Positions 1 to 10,036 of a stretch of 48,963 nt of DNA are shown here, in pieces. The stretch is from an uncultured Alphaproteobacteria bacterium (lineage in GTDB: Bacteria > Pseudomonadota > Alphaproteobacteria > Rs-D84). The first letter of the stretch is position 1. Every line of letters begins with the position of its first letter. The position numbers and the translations under genes are program-made. Location of the stretch: NCBI GenBank assembly GCA_947305255.1, contig CAMZDE010000002.1, forward strand, positions 1-48,963, in the 5' to 3' direction. The notes below the pieces were generated by a model. It was not told where the DNA came from. It did no database searches and saw only the letters and a program-made list of their open reading frames with translations.

Positions 1-376
1 AATCGGCAGAATAAATAACCCATGCCAACATAAAATTCATAAAAACGCCGGCAGCGATAATTATAAACTGTTTCCACGCAGGAACCGACAAATAATGTCC
101 AACTTTTTTTGCCCGCGGCAAATTTCTATACTTTTTGCGATTGAACATATCTTCTTGGCCGTAAATAGACACATATCCACCCAATGGCAAACAGCATAAT
201 TTCCATACGGTGCCATGTTTGTCAGACCATTTTAATAACGCCGGCCCAAAACCGATAGAAAAAGCGTCAACGCGAACACCCGCCCAACGCGCCGCCATAA
301 AATGTCCAAATTCATGGACGAATACAACAACACCTAAGACAATCAATAATGCAACAATCGTTAAAACAGTATGCAT
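1..376 (-). CDS. rseP: Site-2 zinc metalloprotease RseP, N-terminal part (gene runs off the window)
   Basis: Reverse-strand ATG at 374-376. Translation is MHTVLTIVALLIVLGVVVFVHEFGHFMAARWAGVRVDAFSIGFGPALLKW..., with HExxH in the first TM helix. It lies downstream of cdsA, as in the conserved frr-uppS-cdsA-rseP arrangement. It is absent from the ORF track because it is truncated. Confidence 0.8.
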   Translation of the reverse strand, partial: MHTVLTIVALLIVLGVVVFVHEFGHFMAARWAGVRVDAFSIGFGPALLKWSDKHGTVWKLCCLPLGGYVSIYGQEDMFNRKKYRNLPRAKKVGHYLSVPAWKQFIIIAAGVFMNFMLAWVIYSAD

Positions 377-398
377 GGTTTCTGTTCCCCCTTTTTAT

Positions 399-1055
399 TT
401 ATCTCAACATAAACCAAATCAGTGGTAATACGTAAATCCAACCGTCAATACGATCCAGTATTCCACCATGCCCTGGTAAAATATGACTGAAATCTTTGAT
501 GTTCAAACGTCTTTTTATAAAACTGGCGGTTAAATCGCCGTATTGCGACAATAGGGCGACACTGATACCAACCCACACTAAATCAGACATAAATACGTGT
601 GCACCCAATAATCCGTACAACAGCGACATTCCGGTGCCACACGCAATTCCACCAATCTGGCCCGACCAAGTTTTATTCGCAGAAATTCTTTCCCACATTT
701 TATCGCCACCAAAAATCATGCCGAAAAACCAAGCACCAACATCGGCCCCAACAATAATCATCAACAGCCATAGCATAATCCATGGACGTGCGCCAACAAC
801 ATATGCCGCGCCTAACATTACGAACAACCACATCAAAAAGAATACGAAAACGCCGGAATTTTTCTGGAAATTTTCTTTGGTTGTTTGGGCAAAACATTTG
901 ATAGTTTCAATTATTGCACCACAAACAACAACGACCGATAACCACCGTATCACATGCCACGACGGCGCGACCTTTTCAACATATGCAGCCACGACCAACA
1001 AAGCCAACATCGCCGCCCCAGATATAAAACGCAAAACTGTTTCAGATATTTTCAT
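399..1055 (-). CDS. cdsA: Phosphatidate cytidylyltransferase
   Basis: 218-aa polytopic membrane ORF with the CdsA C-terminal signature GDLTASFIKRRLNIKDFSHILPGHGGILDRIDG. Its start overlaps the uppS stop by 4 nt. Confidence 0.9.
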   Translation of the reverse strand: MKISETVLRFISGAAMLALLVVAAYVEKVAPSWHVIRWLSVVVVCGAIIETIKCFAQTTKENFQKNSGVFVFFLMWLFVMLGAAYVVGARPWIMLWLLMIIVGADVGAWFFGMIFGGDKMWERISANKTWSGQIGGIACGTGMSLLYGLLGAHVFMSDLVWVGISVALLSQYGDLTASFIKRRLNIKDFSHILPGHGGILDRIDGWIYVLPLIWFMLR

Positions 1056-1810
1056 TTTTGTTTTCCTGAATAATTTTTCTTTTTACCACCACCGAAACGA
1101 CGATCGCGTTTTGTGTATTCGTCCAAAACATATTGCCATAATTTTTCAGATTTTACTAAATCAGGCCAATGTTCCGGCACAAATAACAATTCTGCATACG
1201 CCAATTTCCACAACAAGAAATTAGAAATTCTGTTTTCATTACTGGTGCGAACCATCAAATCAACCGGCAATAAATCCCCCGTGTCCATAAATGTTTCAAA
1301 CGTTTCCTTGGTCACCGGTTCGCCGTTTTCAATCGCAGCATTCACCGCGCGAACGATTTCATCTTGGCCACCATAATTCAGCGCAAACACAACCGTTCCG
1401 TTTGTGTTTTCAGCAGATGTTTTTTCTAATTCATCACATAACTTAGCCAACTTTTTCGGCAATTTATCACGTGACCCAACAACACGATAGCGCAGATTTT
1501 TTTCAACCGCGTGTTTCATATTCTTGCTAAGTTCGCTATAAAACAAATCCATTAAAAAATTGACTTCTTCGGTCGAACGATTCCAGTTTTCTGTTGAAAA
1601 AATAAAGAAAGTAATCGTTGAAACGCCGCGCGCAATAAACCAATCAACCAGATTTTCAAAGTTTGAAATTCCGGCACGATGCCCCATCAACGGTGGCAAA
1701 CCGCGACTTTCAGCCCAACGGCGATTTCCGTCGCAAATGAACGCGATATGTTGCGGTATTTTAAGGTTTTTCACGGTTTCGTTTTTTTTCTTTTTCAAAA
1801 AATTAAACAT
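1052..1810 (-). CDS. uppS: Undecaprenyl-diphosphate synthase (cis-prenyltransferase)
   Basis: HIAFICDGNRRWA motif, RTSNENRISNFLLW and the C-terminal RRFGG are typical of UPPS. Lies between frr and cdsA. Confidence 0.92.
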   Translation of the reverse strand: MFNFLKKKKNETVKNLKIPQHIAFICDGNRRWAESRGLPPLMGHRAGISNFENLVDWFIARGVSTITFFIFSTENWNRSTEEVNFLMDLFYSELSKNMKHAVEKNLRYRVVGSRDKLPKKLAKLCDELEKTSAENTNGTVVFALNYGGQDEIVRAVNAAIENGEPVTKETFETFMDTGDLLPVDLMVRTSNENRISNFLLWKLAYAELLFVPEHWPDLVKSEKLWQYVLDEYTKRDRRFGGGKKKNYSGKQK

Positions 1811-1830
1811 GTTATCCCCCCGATATTCGG

Positions 1831-2391
1831 TTACACAGACATAATGTCGGCTTCTTTTTGCTTTGCCATAGCATCAACTTCGCTGGCGCGACCGTCAAAA
1901 ACTTTCTGCAAATCTTCTTCGTATTTGCGTTGATCGTCTTCTGAAATTTCTTTGTCAGTAACTGCGCGTTTAATTTTTCCCATCGCATCTTGGCGAATAT
2001 TACGCATAGAAATCTTAGCATCTTCGGCGTATTTGCCGGCAACTTTGGTCAATTCACGACGACGTTCTTCGGTTAACGGCGGCAAATTCAAACGAATAAC
2101 ACCGCCCGCAGTCATCGGATTCAATCCCAACCCAGAATCACGAATCGCTTTTTCAACGGCGCCTGCATTGTTTACGTCCCAAACCGTCACAGACAACGTT
2201 TGGGTGTCTGGGGTTGACACTGTCGCAACCTGATTCAAAGGCATTTCAGCACCATAAACCGGTACTTTGACCCCGTCCAGCAAATGCACAGATGCACGGC
2301 CTGTGCGCAATCCGGCGAATTCATTTTGCAACACTTCCAACGTTTGTGCTGTCTTTTGTTCTACTTCTGATTTAAGGCTGTTATAATCCAT
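1831..2391 (-). CDS. frr: Ribosome recycling factor
   Basis: 186 aa, full-length RRF-like sequence (GLRTGRAS, LNLPPLTEERRRELTK). Confidence 0.95.
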   Translation of the reverse strand: MDYNSLKSEVEQKTAQTLEVLQNEFAGLRTGRASVHLLDGVKVPVYGAEMPLNQVATVSTPDTQTLSVTVWDVNNAGAVEKAIRDSGLGLNPMTAGGVIRLNLPPLTEERRRELTKVAGKYAEDAKISMRNIRQDAMGKIKRAVTDKEISEDDQRKYEEDLQKVFDGRASEVDAMAKQKEADIMSV

Positions 2392-2483
2392 AATAAAAAC
2401 TCCTTGCGTTTATTCTATGCAAAAAGATTAGCAAAAAGATTTGACTTTTTGCAAGAAGAAATATAAAATGAGTTTCGCACTAT

Positions 2484-2559
2484 GGGGTTGTAGCTCAGTT
2501 GGTAGAGCACTTGCATGGCATGCAAGGGGTCGTCAGTTCGAGTCTGATCAGCTCCACCA
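2484..2559 (+). tRNA. tRNA-Ala (anticodon GGC)
   Basis: The cloverleaf folds by hand: acceptor GGGGTTG/CAGCTCC with G3:U70, anticodon loop ATGGCAT, T-loop TTCGAGT, encoded CCA. Confidence 0.9.
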
Positions 2560-2703
2560 CGAATTTTCACCGAAGCGTTAGCGAGGACTGAAAATTCAGT
2601 GCCGCGCCGTAGCAGGTCAATTTCTTGAAAAATGTTTCGTTTTTTAAGAACAGCGAAGGCGGGTCAAAAGCAAAAAGACAAAGAAAATAGTGCGTAAAAG
2701 TTT

Positions 2704-2781
2704 GGCGGGCGTAGCTCAGTTGGTTAGAGCGTTGGTTTGTGGTACCAAATGTCGCCAGTTCGAATCTGGTCGCCCGCCCCA
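2704..2781 (+). tRNA. tRNA-His (anticodon GTG) with encoded G-1
   Basis: Acceptor GCGGGCG/CGCCCGC preceded by an extra G opposite discriminator C73. Anticodon loop TTGTGGT, T-arm GCCAG-TTCGAAT-CTGGT, encoded CCA. Confidence 0.88.
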
Positions 2782-2789
2782 TTAAATTA

Positions 2790-2816
2790 AAAAATGCCCG
2801 AACGGGCATTTTTTAA
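2790..2816 (+). terminator. Intrinsic terminator after the tRNA-Ala/His pair
   Basis: ATGCCCG-aa-CGGGCAT stem followed by TTTTTT. Confidence 0.7.
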
Positions 2817-2850
2817 TTTAACTGAGACAGAATGTCTCGGATTCGAACTG

Positions 2851-2967
2851 GCCAGTTCGACAAAATAGCAGTTGAGAACGAGTGAAACGCAGTTCGAAAC
2901 GTTGCGATTTGGAAAGGGGCCCACGAACGCAGTGAAGTGGGAATATACAATCTGGTCGCCCGCCCCA
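2851..2967. repeat. T-arm-bracketed module H1 (split copy of the tRNA-His T-arm and 3' end around an ~88-nt GC-rich insert)
   Basis: GCCAGTTCGA (identical to 2754-2763 of tRNA-His), then the insert, then AATCTGGTCGCCCGCCCCA (2949-2967, a 19/19 match to tRNA-His 2763-2781). Confidence 0.6.
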
Positions 2968-3041
2968 TAAAATTCAACTCCACCAAAACGGTGGGGTTAA
3001 ATTTTATCAAGACGTGCGACCTGATTCTAGAAATGGTGGAC

Positions 3042-3138
3042 CGCCAGTTCGACCCGCAGGCGAGAGGCAGACGGAAGTATGCCGGTGAGCAAAGCGAACG
3101 AGCCAAGGGAGTGGAGCATAGCGAAACAATCTGGTCGC
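3042..3138. repeat. T-arm-bracketed module H2 (second split tRNA-His T-arm copy; its insert shares a core with the tRNA-Lys locus)
   Basis: CGCCAGTTCGA, then CCGCAGGCGAGAGGCAGACG...GCAAAGCGAACGAGCCAAGGGAG..., then AATCTGGTCGC. The insert core recurs at 26693-26755. Confidence 0.6.
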
Positions 3139-3230
3139 TGGGTGAACCATCTGTTTAGGTCTATTTTTTTATTGAAAACCGGTGATTTTATGCTATTTTG
3201 TCGATGCTAGATTAAATCAAAGGATGAAAA

Positions 3231-3737
3231 ATGGCTAATATACCAAATACAGAATACATTACTGTGACCAATGCCGGCGTTTTTATCGGTGAAAAACCTG
3301 CGACACATTATCGCGGTCAAGAATTGTTTGCACCGAAGGCACTGGTTGAACATTTCAAAGCAATACAAGCCAGATATCCAAATATCGCAGAGTTGCGTAT
3401 GCTGTCATCTGAAACAGACGGGGAATCTTATAAATCAGGCAACCCTGTGGCAAAACATGGGCCAAATATGTGGTGCTGTGTTGAATTTTTTGACGGCGTT
3501 GTATCCCCATGGGTGTTAACAGGAAAAAATTCAGACAAAGATTTCACAGCAAGACGTGTGCCGTGCCACTGTTTGGCGACATTCCGCAACAGTGATCCGT
3601 GTCTTCAACATATATTGGGGCCGTACAAAGACGCTATTATAAAAGTGAATTTACAAAATATGGCCGGAAAATCGTTTGAATTAAACGGCTATAAAATAAC
3701 GATTGAAAAAATGACACAGCCACAAAATGAAAGATAA
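3231..3737 (+). CDS. Hypothetical protein (168 aa, Cys-containing, no recognised domain)
   Basis: Clean ORF with GGA-rich RBS context (aaaggatgaaaaATG) and its own terminator. No motif recognised. Confidence 0.55.
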   Translation: MANIPNTEYITVTNAGVFIGEKPATHYRGQELFAPKALVEHFKAIQARYPNIAELRMLSSETDGESYKSGNPVAKHGPNMWCCVEFFDGVVSPWVLTGKNSDKDFTARRVPCHCLATFRNSDPCLQHILGPYKDAIIKVNLQNMAGKSFELNGYKITIEKMTQPQNER

Positions 3738-3741
3738 AAAT

Positions 3742-3772
3742 CCGGTCAATATGACCGGTTTTTTATTTTTTT
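3742..3772 (+). terminator. Intrinsic terminator
   Basis: CCGGTCA-ata-TGACCGG followed by a long T-run. Confidence 0.7.
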
Positions 3773-3848
3773 AGCCATGGGATACCGGATTCGAACTCAT
3801 AAAAATTTTCCATTTGCATCGATTAAAGATTTTTGATAATATAACCAT

Positions 3849-4024
3849 GTCAGCGAGAGTTTCGCTGATGGGGCTTCAGAACCCGCTTGCTGTTCGTTGG
3901 AACGACGTGAAAATTCTCCAATATATGGTTGGAGAGCCGTGAATATATAAATAAACGGCGCAATTTAACAGCAAATTGTTCTGAATCTCCAACCACCCTT
4001 AAAAACGGTGGTTGTTTCTTTTGT
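3849..4024 (+). promoter_or_regulatory. Structured leader, copy A (hairpins P1-P5 plus terminator/antiterminator), upstream of a secreted paralog
   Basis: Sigma70-like promoter TTGCAT-17-TAATAT ends a few nt before GTCAG. Hairpins: TCAGCG/CGCTGA and CTCCAA/TTGGAG. GGTTGGAGA (3927-3935) is complementary to TCTCCAACC (3987-3995), which overlaps terminator CCAACCACC/GGTGGTTG plus a T-run (to 4024). Confidence 0.65.
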
Positions 4025-4047
4025 TGGCACAAAAATGGAGATGAACA

Positions 4048-4587
4048 ATGAACACAAAACGAATCATATCAATTGCAATAATGTTTACGTTGCCAGTAAT
4101 GGCACACGCGGAAAACATATCGGGGGCGATGTATACTGCGCCGGCGCACGCGGATACGAATCACCCCGCACCAACGACACAAGCGAATGCATCGTATGGC
4201 CGTATTAATATAGATACCGCTGACCAAGAACATATCGCCACCACCGCATATGTTAAGGGTGCCTATAACAGCGCAATTGCGGCGGTGAATAAAGTTGCTG
4301 TGGGTGTGGGTGAAAAACAGGATGTTTTGACTACTGCTAGTGATGAGTCAATCCAACCCTTTGTGATTGATGAAGCATATATGCTTGACATATTGCAGGC
4401 CATTAATGATATAGACATGTTTGGGGAGGCTATATCCACATATGATGATATGTTAATCACGGCAAAAGGGGCGGCCGCAGGAATAACAGGTTACGTGAAT
4501 TCCAAAGGTGTTGAAATTTATACTACGTGGGACGATGATGAGGCGACGACCGATGTAGCATTAAAAACCGTCTTGCCCGATGATTAA
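4048..4587 (+). CDS. Secreted protein, paralog family member A (conserved N- and C-termini, variable centre)
   Basis: Signal peptide MNTKRIISIAIMFTLPVMAHA. Shares ENISGAMYTAP..DTNHPAPTT..YGR.NID..DQ.HIATTAYVKGAYNSAIAAVN and a C-terminal IYTTWDDD..ATT motif with 14268-14792 and 25528-26157. Confidence 0.75.
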   Translation: MNTKRIISIAIMFTLPVMAHAENISGAMYTAPAHADTNHPAPTTQANASYGRINIDTADQEHIATTAYVKGAYNSAIAAVNKVAVGVGEKQDVLTTASDESIQPFVIDEAYMLDILQAINDIDMFGEAISTYDDMLITAKGAAAGITGYVNSKGVEIYTTWDDDEATTDVALKTVLPDD

Positions 4588-4660
4588 AAGAATATATTTT
4601 TTCCATTTGAATAAAATTTTTTAATCGTCTATAATCTTGACAGTGAAAGGGGGATTTTAC

Positions 4661-5407
4661 ATGAAAATATCTGAGAAAATCAAAAATATGCCAACAATTT
4701 GGGTCATAATTTTGGCGTTTGGCGTTGCGCTGGGCGGATTTTTTATCGGTGATGGCGTATACCGTTCTATGGCGCGTCGCACCGTGACGGTTAAAGGGTT
4801 GGCTGAAATGGACGTCGTCGCTGATACTGCGGTTTGGAATATAAAGTTCAATCGGGTCGGTGGTGATTTAACCGCGGTTCAATCTGCGATTGATGATGAT
4901 ATTCAAAAAACACGCGCGTTTTTAGTCGAAAACGGATTTAATAACGGCGAAATACAAAATCTGCGCGTCACAGTGCGCGATAAATTCGCAGGCTATTCCG
5001 ATGCACAACGCCAAGGCGAAGATGCCGGCGATAGATACGTCATCGAAACCGGTGTTATGGTGCGATCAAATTCTGTGAATTTGGTTGATTCAGTGTCGCG
5101 TAAAATGGGTGATCTGGTGCGGCAAGGTGTCACCGTAACCGAAGACTATGCTGGGCCGGTGTATGTATTTAACGGTTTGAACGATATCAAAATCAAAATG
5201 ATAGAAGCGGCAACCAAGAACGCTACTGCGGCGGGCGAACAATTTGCCAAAGATGCGAACGCGAAATTAGGCAAAATTCAATCGGCAAATCAAGGTCTGT
5301 TCACGGTATCTGCACGCGACCAAATGGACGCATGGTCAGATAACGAAAAACAGTCAATAAATAAACGTGTCCGCGTCGTATCAACAATCACATTTTATTT
5401 GAAATAA
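4661..5407 (+). CDS. SIMPL-domain (DUF541/YggE-like) periplasmic protein
   Basis: Start moved to MKISEK, behind the RBS AAGGGGGA. One N-terminal TM helix or signal anchor, then TVTVKGLAEMDVVADTAVWNIKF..., typical of SIMPL proteins. Confidence 0.7.
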   Translation: MKISEKIKNMPTIWVIILAFGVALGGFFIGDGVYRSMARRTVTVKGLAEMDVVADTAVWNIKFNRVGGDLTAVQSAIDDDIQKTRAFLVENGFNNGEIQNLRVTVRDKFAGYSDAQRQGEDAGDRYVIETGVMVRSNSVNLVDSVSRKMGDLVRQGVTVTEDYAGPVYVFNGLNDIKIKMIEAATKNATAAGEQFAKDANAKLGKIQSANQGLFTVSARDQMDAWSDNEKQSINKRVRVVSTITFYLK

Positions 5408-5456
5408 AATTACCCCCTCCGGCTACGCCGTGCCCCCCCATGTCGCAAAAAAAATA

Positions 5457-5486
5457 AACCCCGCCCTTGCGGCGGGGTTTATTTTT
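5457..5486 (+). terminator. Intrinsic terminator
   Basis: CCCCGCC-cttgc-GGCGGGG followed by TTTATTTTT. Confidence 0.7.
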
Positions 5487-5558
5487 CGACCGCGGGGCAG
5501 AATTATTTCCAGCCCCGCAACATAAATTTGAATATTTTGCCATTATTGGAAAAGGTGA

Positions 5559-7604
<2,046 letters not shown>

Positions 7605-7617
7605 GGGGAACATATAA

Positions 7618-9381
7618 ATGGGGCAGGGAAAAGATAATCGTTCAATAAATGATAAACCGCGGTCTATGAAATCGCGTCTGATTGCGTTCGTAATAAATGT
7701 TGTGTTGGTCGCTGTGGCGTGTGTTGCACTATATATTTTATATGTGTTTTTACAGATGCCGTCATTGGATTCTATGTTGCACGAAACACGAAAACCGGCA
7801 ATTACTTTTTTAGATAAAAATGGTGACGAAATTCGCTCTATGGGGCGGATTATGGGCGATCCAGTGTCGGTTGAAACTTTGCCGCCGCATGTATGGCAGG
7901 CGATAATCGCAATCGAAGATAAAAATTTCTATAAACACGGTGCAGTGTCTGTGCGTGGAATTTTCCGTGCGATGGTGACGAATTTGTTTAATAAACGTTT
8001 TGCTGCCGGTGGATCAACTATAACGCAACAGACCGCGAAAAACATATTCTTGTCGCGCGATAAAAAAATGTCCCGCAAAATCCAAGAATTAATATTGTCA
8101 CAATGGTTGGAAAACCGATTCAGCAAAAACCAAATTCTGGATTTATATATGAATCGAATTTCGCTGGTCGGGGGGTTGCGTGGAATTGACGCGGCGGCGG
8201 TTTCTTTGTTTGAACACGGGGCCGACGAATTAACAGTGGCAGAGGCGGCACAAATTGCGGCTATGTTAAAGGCGCCAACGTTATATAGTCCGTTGAAAAA
8301 TCCAGACCGTAATATTAAGCGTGCGCGTGTTGTGTTGACTGAAATGGTGAAACAGGGTTATATTTCTGAAAACGTGGCCAGAACGGCGGCGCAACAATTA
8401 AAGCCAGCGACGACAAAGCAGGATAAAAATATATATCGTTATTGGACTGATTTTGTAATGGACGAAGTTGAATCGCGAATTGGCGAAATAGCAAGTGATT
8501 TGTATGTGTATACCACCATAGATACCAAATTACAGGCGCAGGTTGCCGCAACTTTATCTGCGAATATTGATGAATATCAGGGTGCAATTGTTGCAATTGC
8601 ACGTGATGGTGCGATTCAATCTATGGTTGGTGGCGACGATTACAGGGTCAGTCAATTTAATCGTGTTCTGGCACCGCGCCAACCCGGGTCTGCATTCAAA
8701 CCGGTGGTATATTTGGTTGCATTGGAAAACGGTATGACACCAACATCATACGTAAATGATTCGCCGTTTTCAATCGGTGATTATAATCCAAAAAATTACG
8801 ATGAACGCTATTATGGTGGGATAGATTTGGCGACCGCTTTTGCAAAAAGTGTTAATTCTGTGCCGTTAAAATTAACCCAAGAATACGGCATAGATACCGT
8901 ATTAAATATGGCAGCGCGTCTTGGGGTTGGGGGTAAATTGCGCCGTGAATATTCAACTGTGTTGGGCGCATCAGAAATGAGCCTGTTGGATTTAACCACG
9001 ATTTATTCGGTTATCTGGAATGACGGTAAATCGGTTCATCCGTATTCTATATATAAAATCAAGGACGCAAACGGCAATATAATTTATGAACGTAACCCGT
9101 CGGACGAAATGACTATATTACAGCCACAAACCGTTGAATACATGAAACAATTATTATACGAAGTTGTGACCAAAGGAACCGGTAAACGTGCATATACTCC
9201 ACGGGTTTTTGGGGGCAAAACCGGCACCAGTAACGATAATCGTGACGCGTGGTTTATCGGGGCAACGGCGGATTATGTGATGGGTGTATGGATTGGTCGT
9301 GATGATAATAGCCCAATGTCGAACAAAATAGTTGGCGGAACGCTGCCGGCTTCGATTTTCCACGATATTGTCGCAAAATAA
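7618..9381 (+). CDS. Class A penicillin-binding protein (glycosyltransferase plus transpeptidase), short form
   Basis: N-terminal TM anchor. GT51 motifs EDKNFYKHGAVS and GGSTITQQ. Transpeptidase motifs SAFKP (SxxK), SVN (SxN) and KTGTS (KTG). Confidence 0.88.
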   Translation: MGQGKDNRSINDKPRSMKSRLIAFVINVVLVAVACVALYILYVFLQMPSLDSMLHETRKPAITFLDKNGDEIRSMGRIMGDPVSVETLPPHVWQAIIAIEDKNFYKHGAVSVRGIFRAMVTNLFNKRFAAGGSTITQQTAKNIFLSRDKKMSRKIQELILSQWLENRFSKNQILDLYMNRISLVGGLRGIDAAAVSLFEHGADELTVAEAAQIAAMLKAPTLYSPLKNPDRNIKRARVVLTEMVKQGYISENVARTAAQQLKPATTKQDKNIYRYWTDFVMDEVESRIGEIASDLYVYTTIDTKLQAQVAATLSANIDEYQGAIVAIARDGAIQSMVGGDDYRVSQFNRVLAPRQPGSAFKPVVYLVALENGMTPTSYVNDSPFSIGDYNPKNYDERYYGGIDLATAFAKSVNSVPLKLTQEYGIDTVLNMAARLGVGGKLRREYSTVLGASEMSLLDLTTIYSVIWNDGKSVHPYSIYKIKDANGNIIYERNPSDEMTILQPQTVEYMKQLLYEVVTKGTGKRAYTPRVFGGKTGTSNDNRDAWFIGATADYVMGVWIGRDDNSPMSNKIVGGTLPASIFHDIVAK

Positions 9382-9395
9382 AACGGAAAGCAAAA

Positions 9396-9974
9396 ATGAA
9401 TACCAATGTTCAAAGACCAAAAGAAATCAAGGTTCGGAAATTTGTTTTGAAACCGATACCTGCAACCAAACATTATGCAAAACAGATTTTCGATATTTTT
9501 CACGAAGATGCTGACGCTTTCAATTTTTGGATGGAATACGGCCTCTATAAAAACATAGATGAAGTTTTAACCGAATACAAAAATAAAAACAAAGATCGCG
9601 GCTTTTGCAAATATGCGATGTATGGGATTTTTTACGGTGATGAATTATTGGGCGAAATAGGTTTGGGGTGTATTTATGTCCGTCGTCAAACTGCTGAAGT
9701 TGGATATTGGCTGAAAAAATCTGCACGTCATCGTGGAATTATTGATTTGTTGTTGCCAAAGATAGAAAAGTTAGGCTTTGAAACGTATGGGTTGCATAAA
9801 TTGACAATTTGGTGTGATAACGAAAATATTGCCGTGAAAAAGCAGGCTAAGAAACATGGATATACCCGCGAAGGCCTTTTGCGCGAAGAAAAAATATGGC
9901 CGGACGGTTCGCCGCATAGCACTGTTTTATTCGGAAAATTAAAATCAGAATGGGTTGCCCAAAACAAAAAGTGA
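9396..9974 (+). CDS. GNAT family N-acetyltransferase (RimJ/RimL-like)
   Basis: 192 aa. EIGLGCIYVRRQTAEVGYWLKKSARHRGI and HKLTIWCDNENIAVKKQAKKHGYTREG match the GNAT core pattern. Confidence 0.72.
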   Translation: MNTNVQRPKEIKVRKFVLKPIPATKHYAKQIFDIFHEDADAFNFWMEYGLYKNIDEVLTEYKNKNKDRGFCKYAMYGIFYGDELLGEIGLGCIYVRRQTAEVGYWLKKSARHRGIIDLLLPKIEKLGFETYGLHKLTIWCDNENIAVKKQAKKHGYTREGLLREEKIWPDGSPHSTVLFGKLKSEWVAQNKK

Positions 9975-10036
9975 TTTATTTAATTTGATTTTTGTGTTGT
10001 ATGTTGCTATGCTATCATTCACACACGAGAACACAG

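Noticed and set aside
496-1224. Long antisense or alternative-frame ORFs inside well-supported genes. Examples are 496-1224 in cdsA/uppS, 7136-7645 in ligA, 12430-12978 in rne, 18911-19807 in recG and 23033-23506 in the large protein.
   Set aside because: They are shadow ORFs opposite genes with clear family motifs. Their composition is low-complexity or biased and no RBS is present.
2817-3150. Possible two-piece (permuted) tmRNA, suggested by GG(A/T)TTCGAC motifs and a CTCCACCA followed by a GGTGGGG hairpin.
   Set aside because: I could not build an acceptor stem with G3:U70. There is no T-arm/acceptor continuity ending in ACCA with a matching GGGG 5' strand. There is no tag-like reading frame ending in ...AA-stop. 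The motifs are explained as copies of the local tRNA T-arms.
2813-3158. ORFs 2813-3106 (-, 97 aa) and 2937-3158 (+, 73 aa) across the region downstream of tRNA-His. The same applies to 26457-26780 (-), 26504-26752 (-) and 26614-27096 (+) downstream of tRNA-Lys.
   Set aside because: They lie entirely in GC-rich repeat and tRNA-fragment DNA and have no RBS. Their shared peptide stretch (SLC.PA..RLP.ACGSN) is explained by the nucleotide repeat. The 26614-27096 ORF is antisense to a well-supported HTH gene.
3850-4032. Short ORFs overlapping the structured leaders: 3850-4032 (-), 15921-16250 (+), 25320-25637 (-) and 14591-14848 (+).
   Set aside because: The four leader copies are conserved at the nucleotide level, with compensatory changes in stems and indels that break any common reading frame.
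5491-5519. A second hairpin, GCGGGGC-n13-GCCCCGC, after the SIMPL gene terminator, considered as a possible sRNA or REP element.
   Set aside because: It occurs once in the window, has no U-run and no flanking promoter. There is too little evidence for a call.
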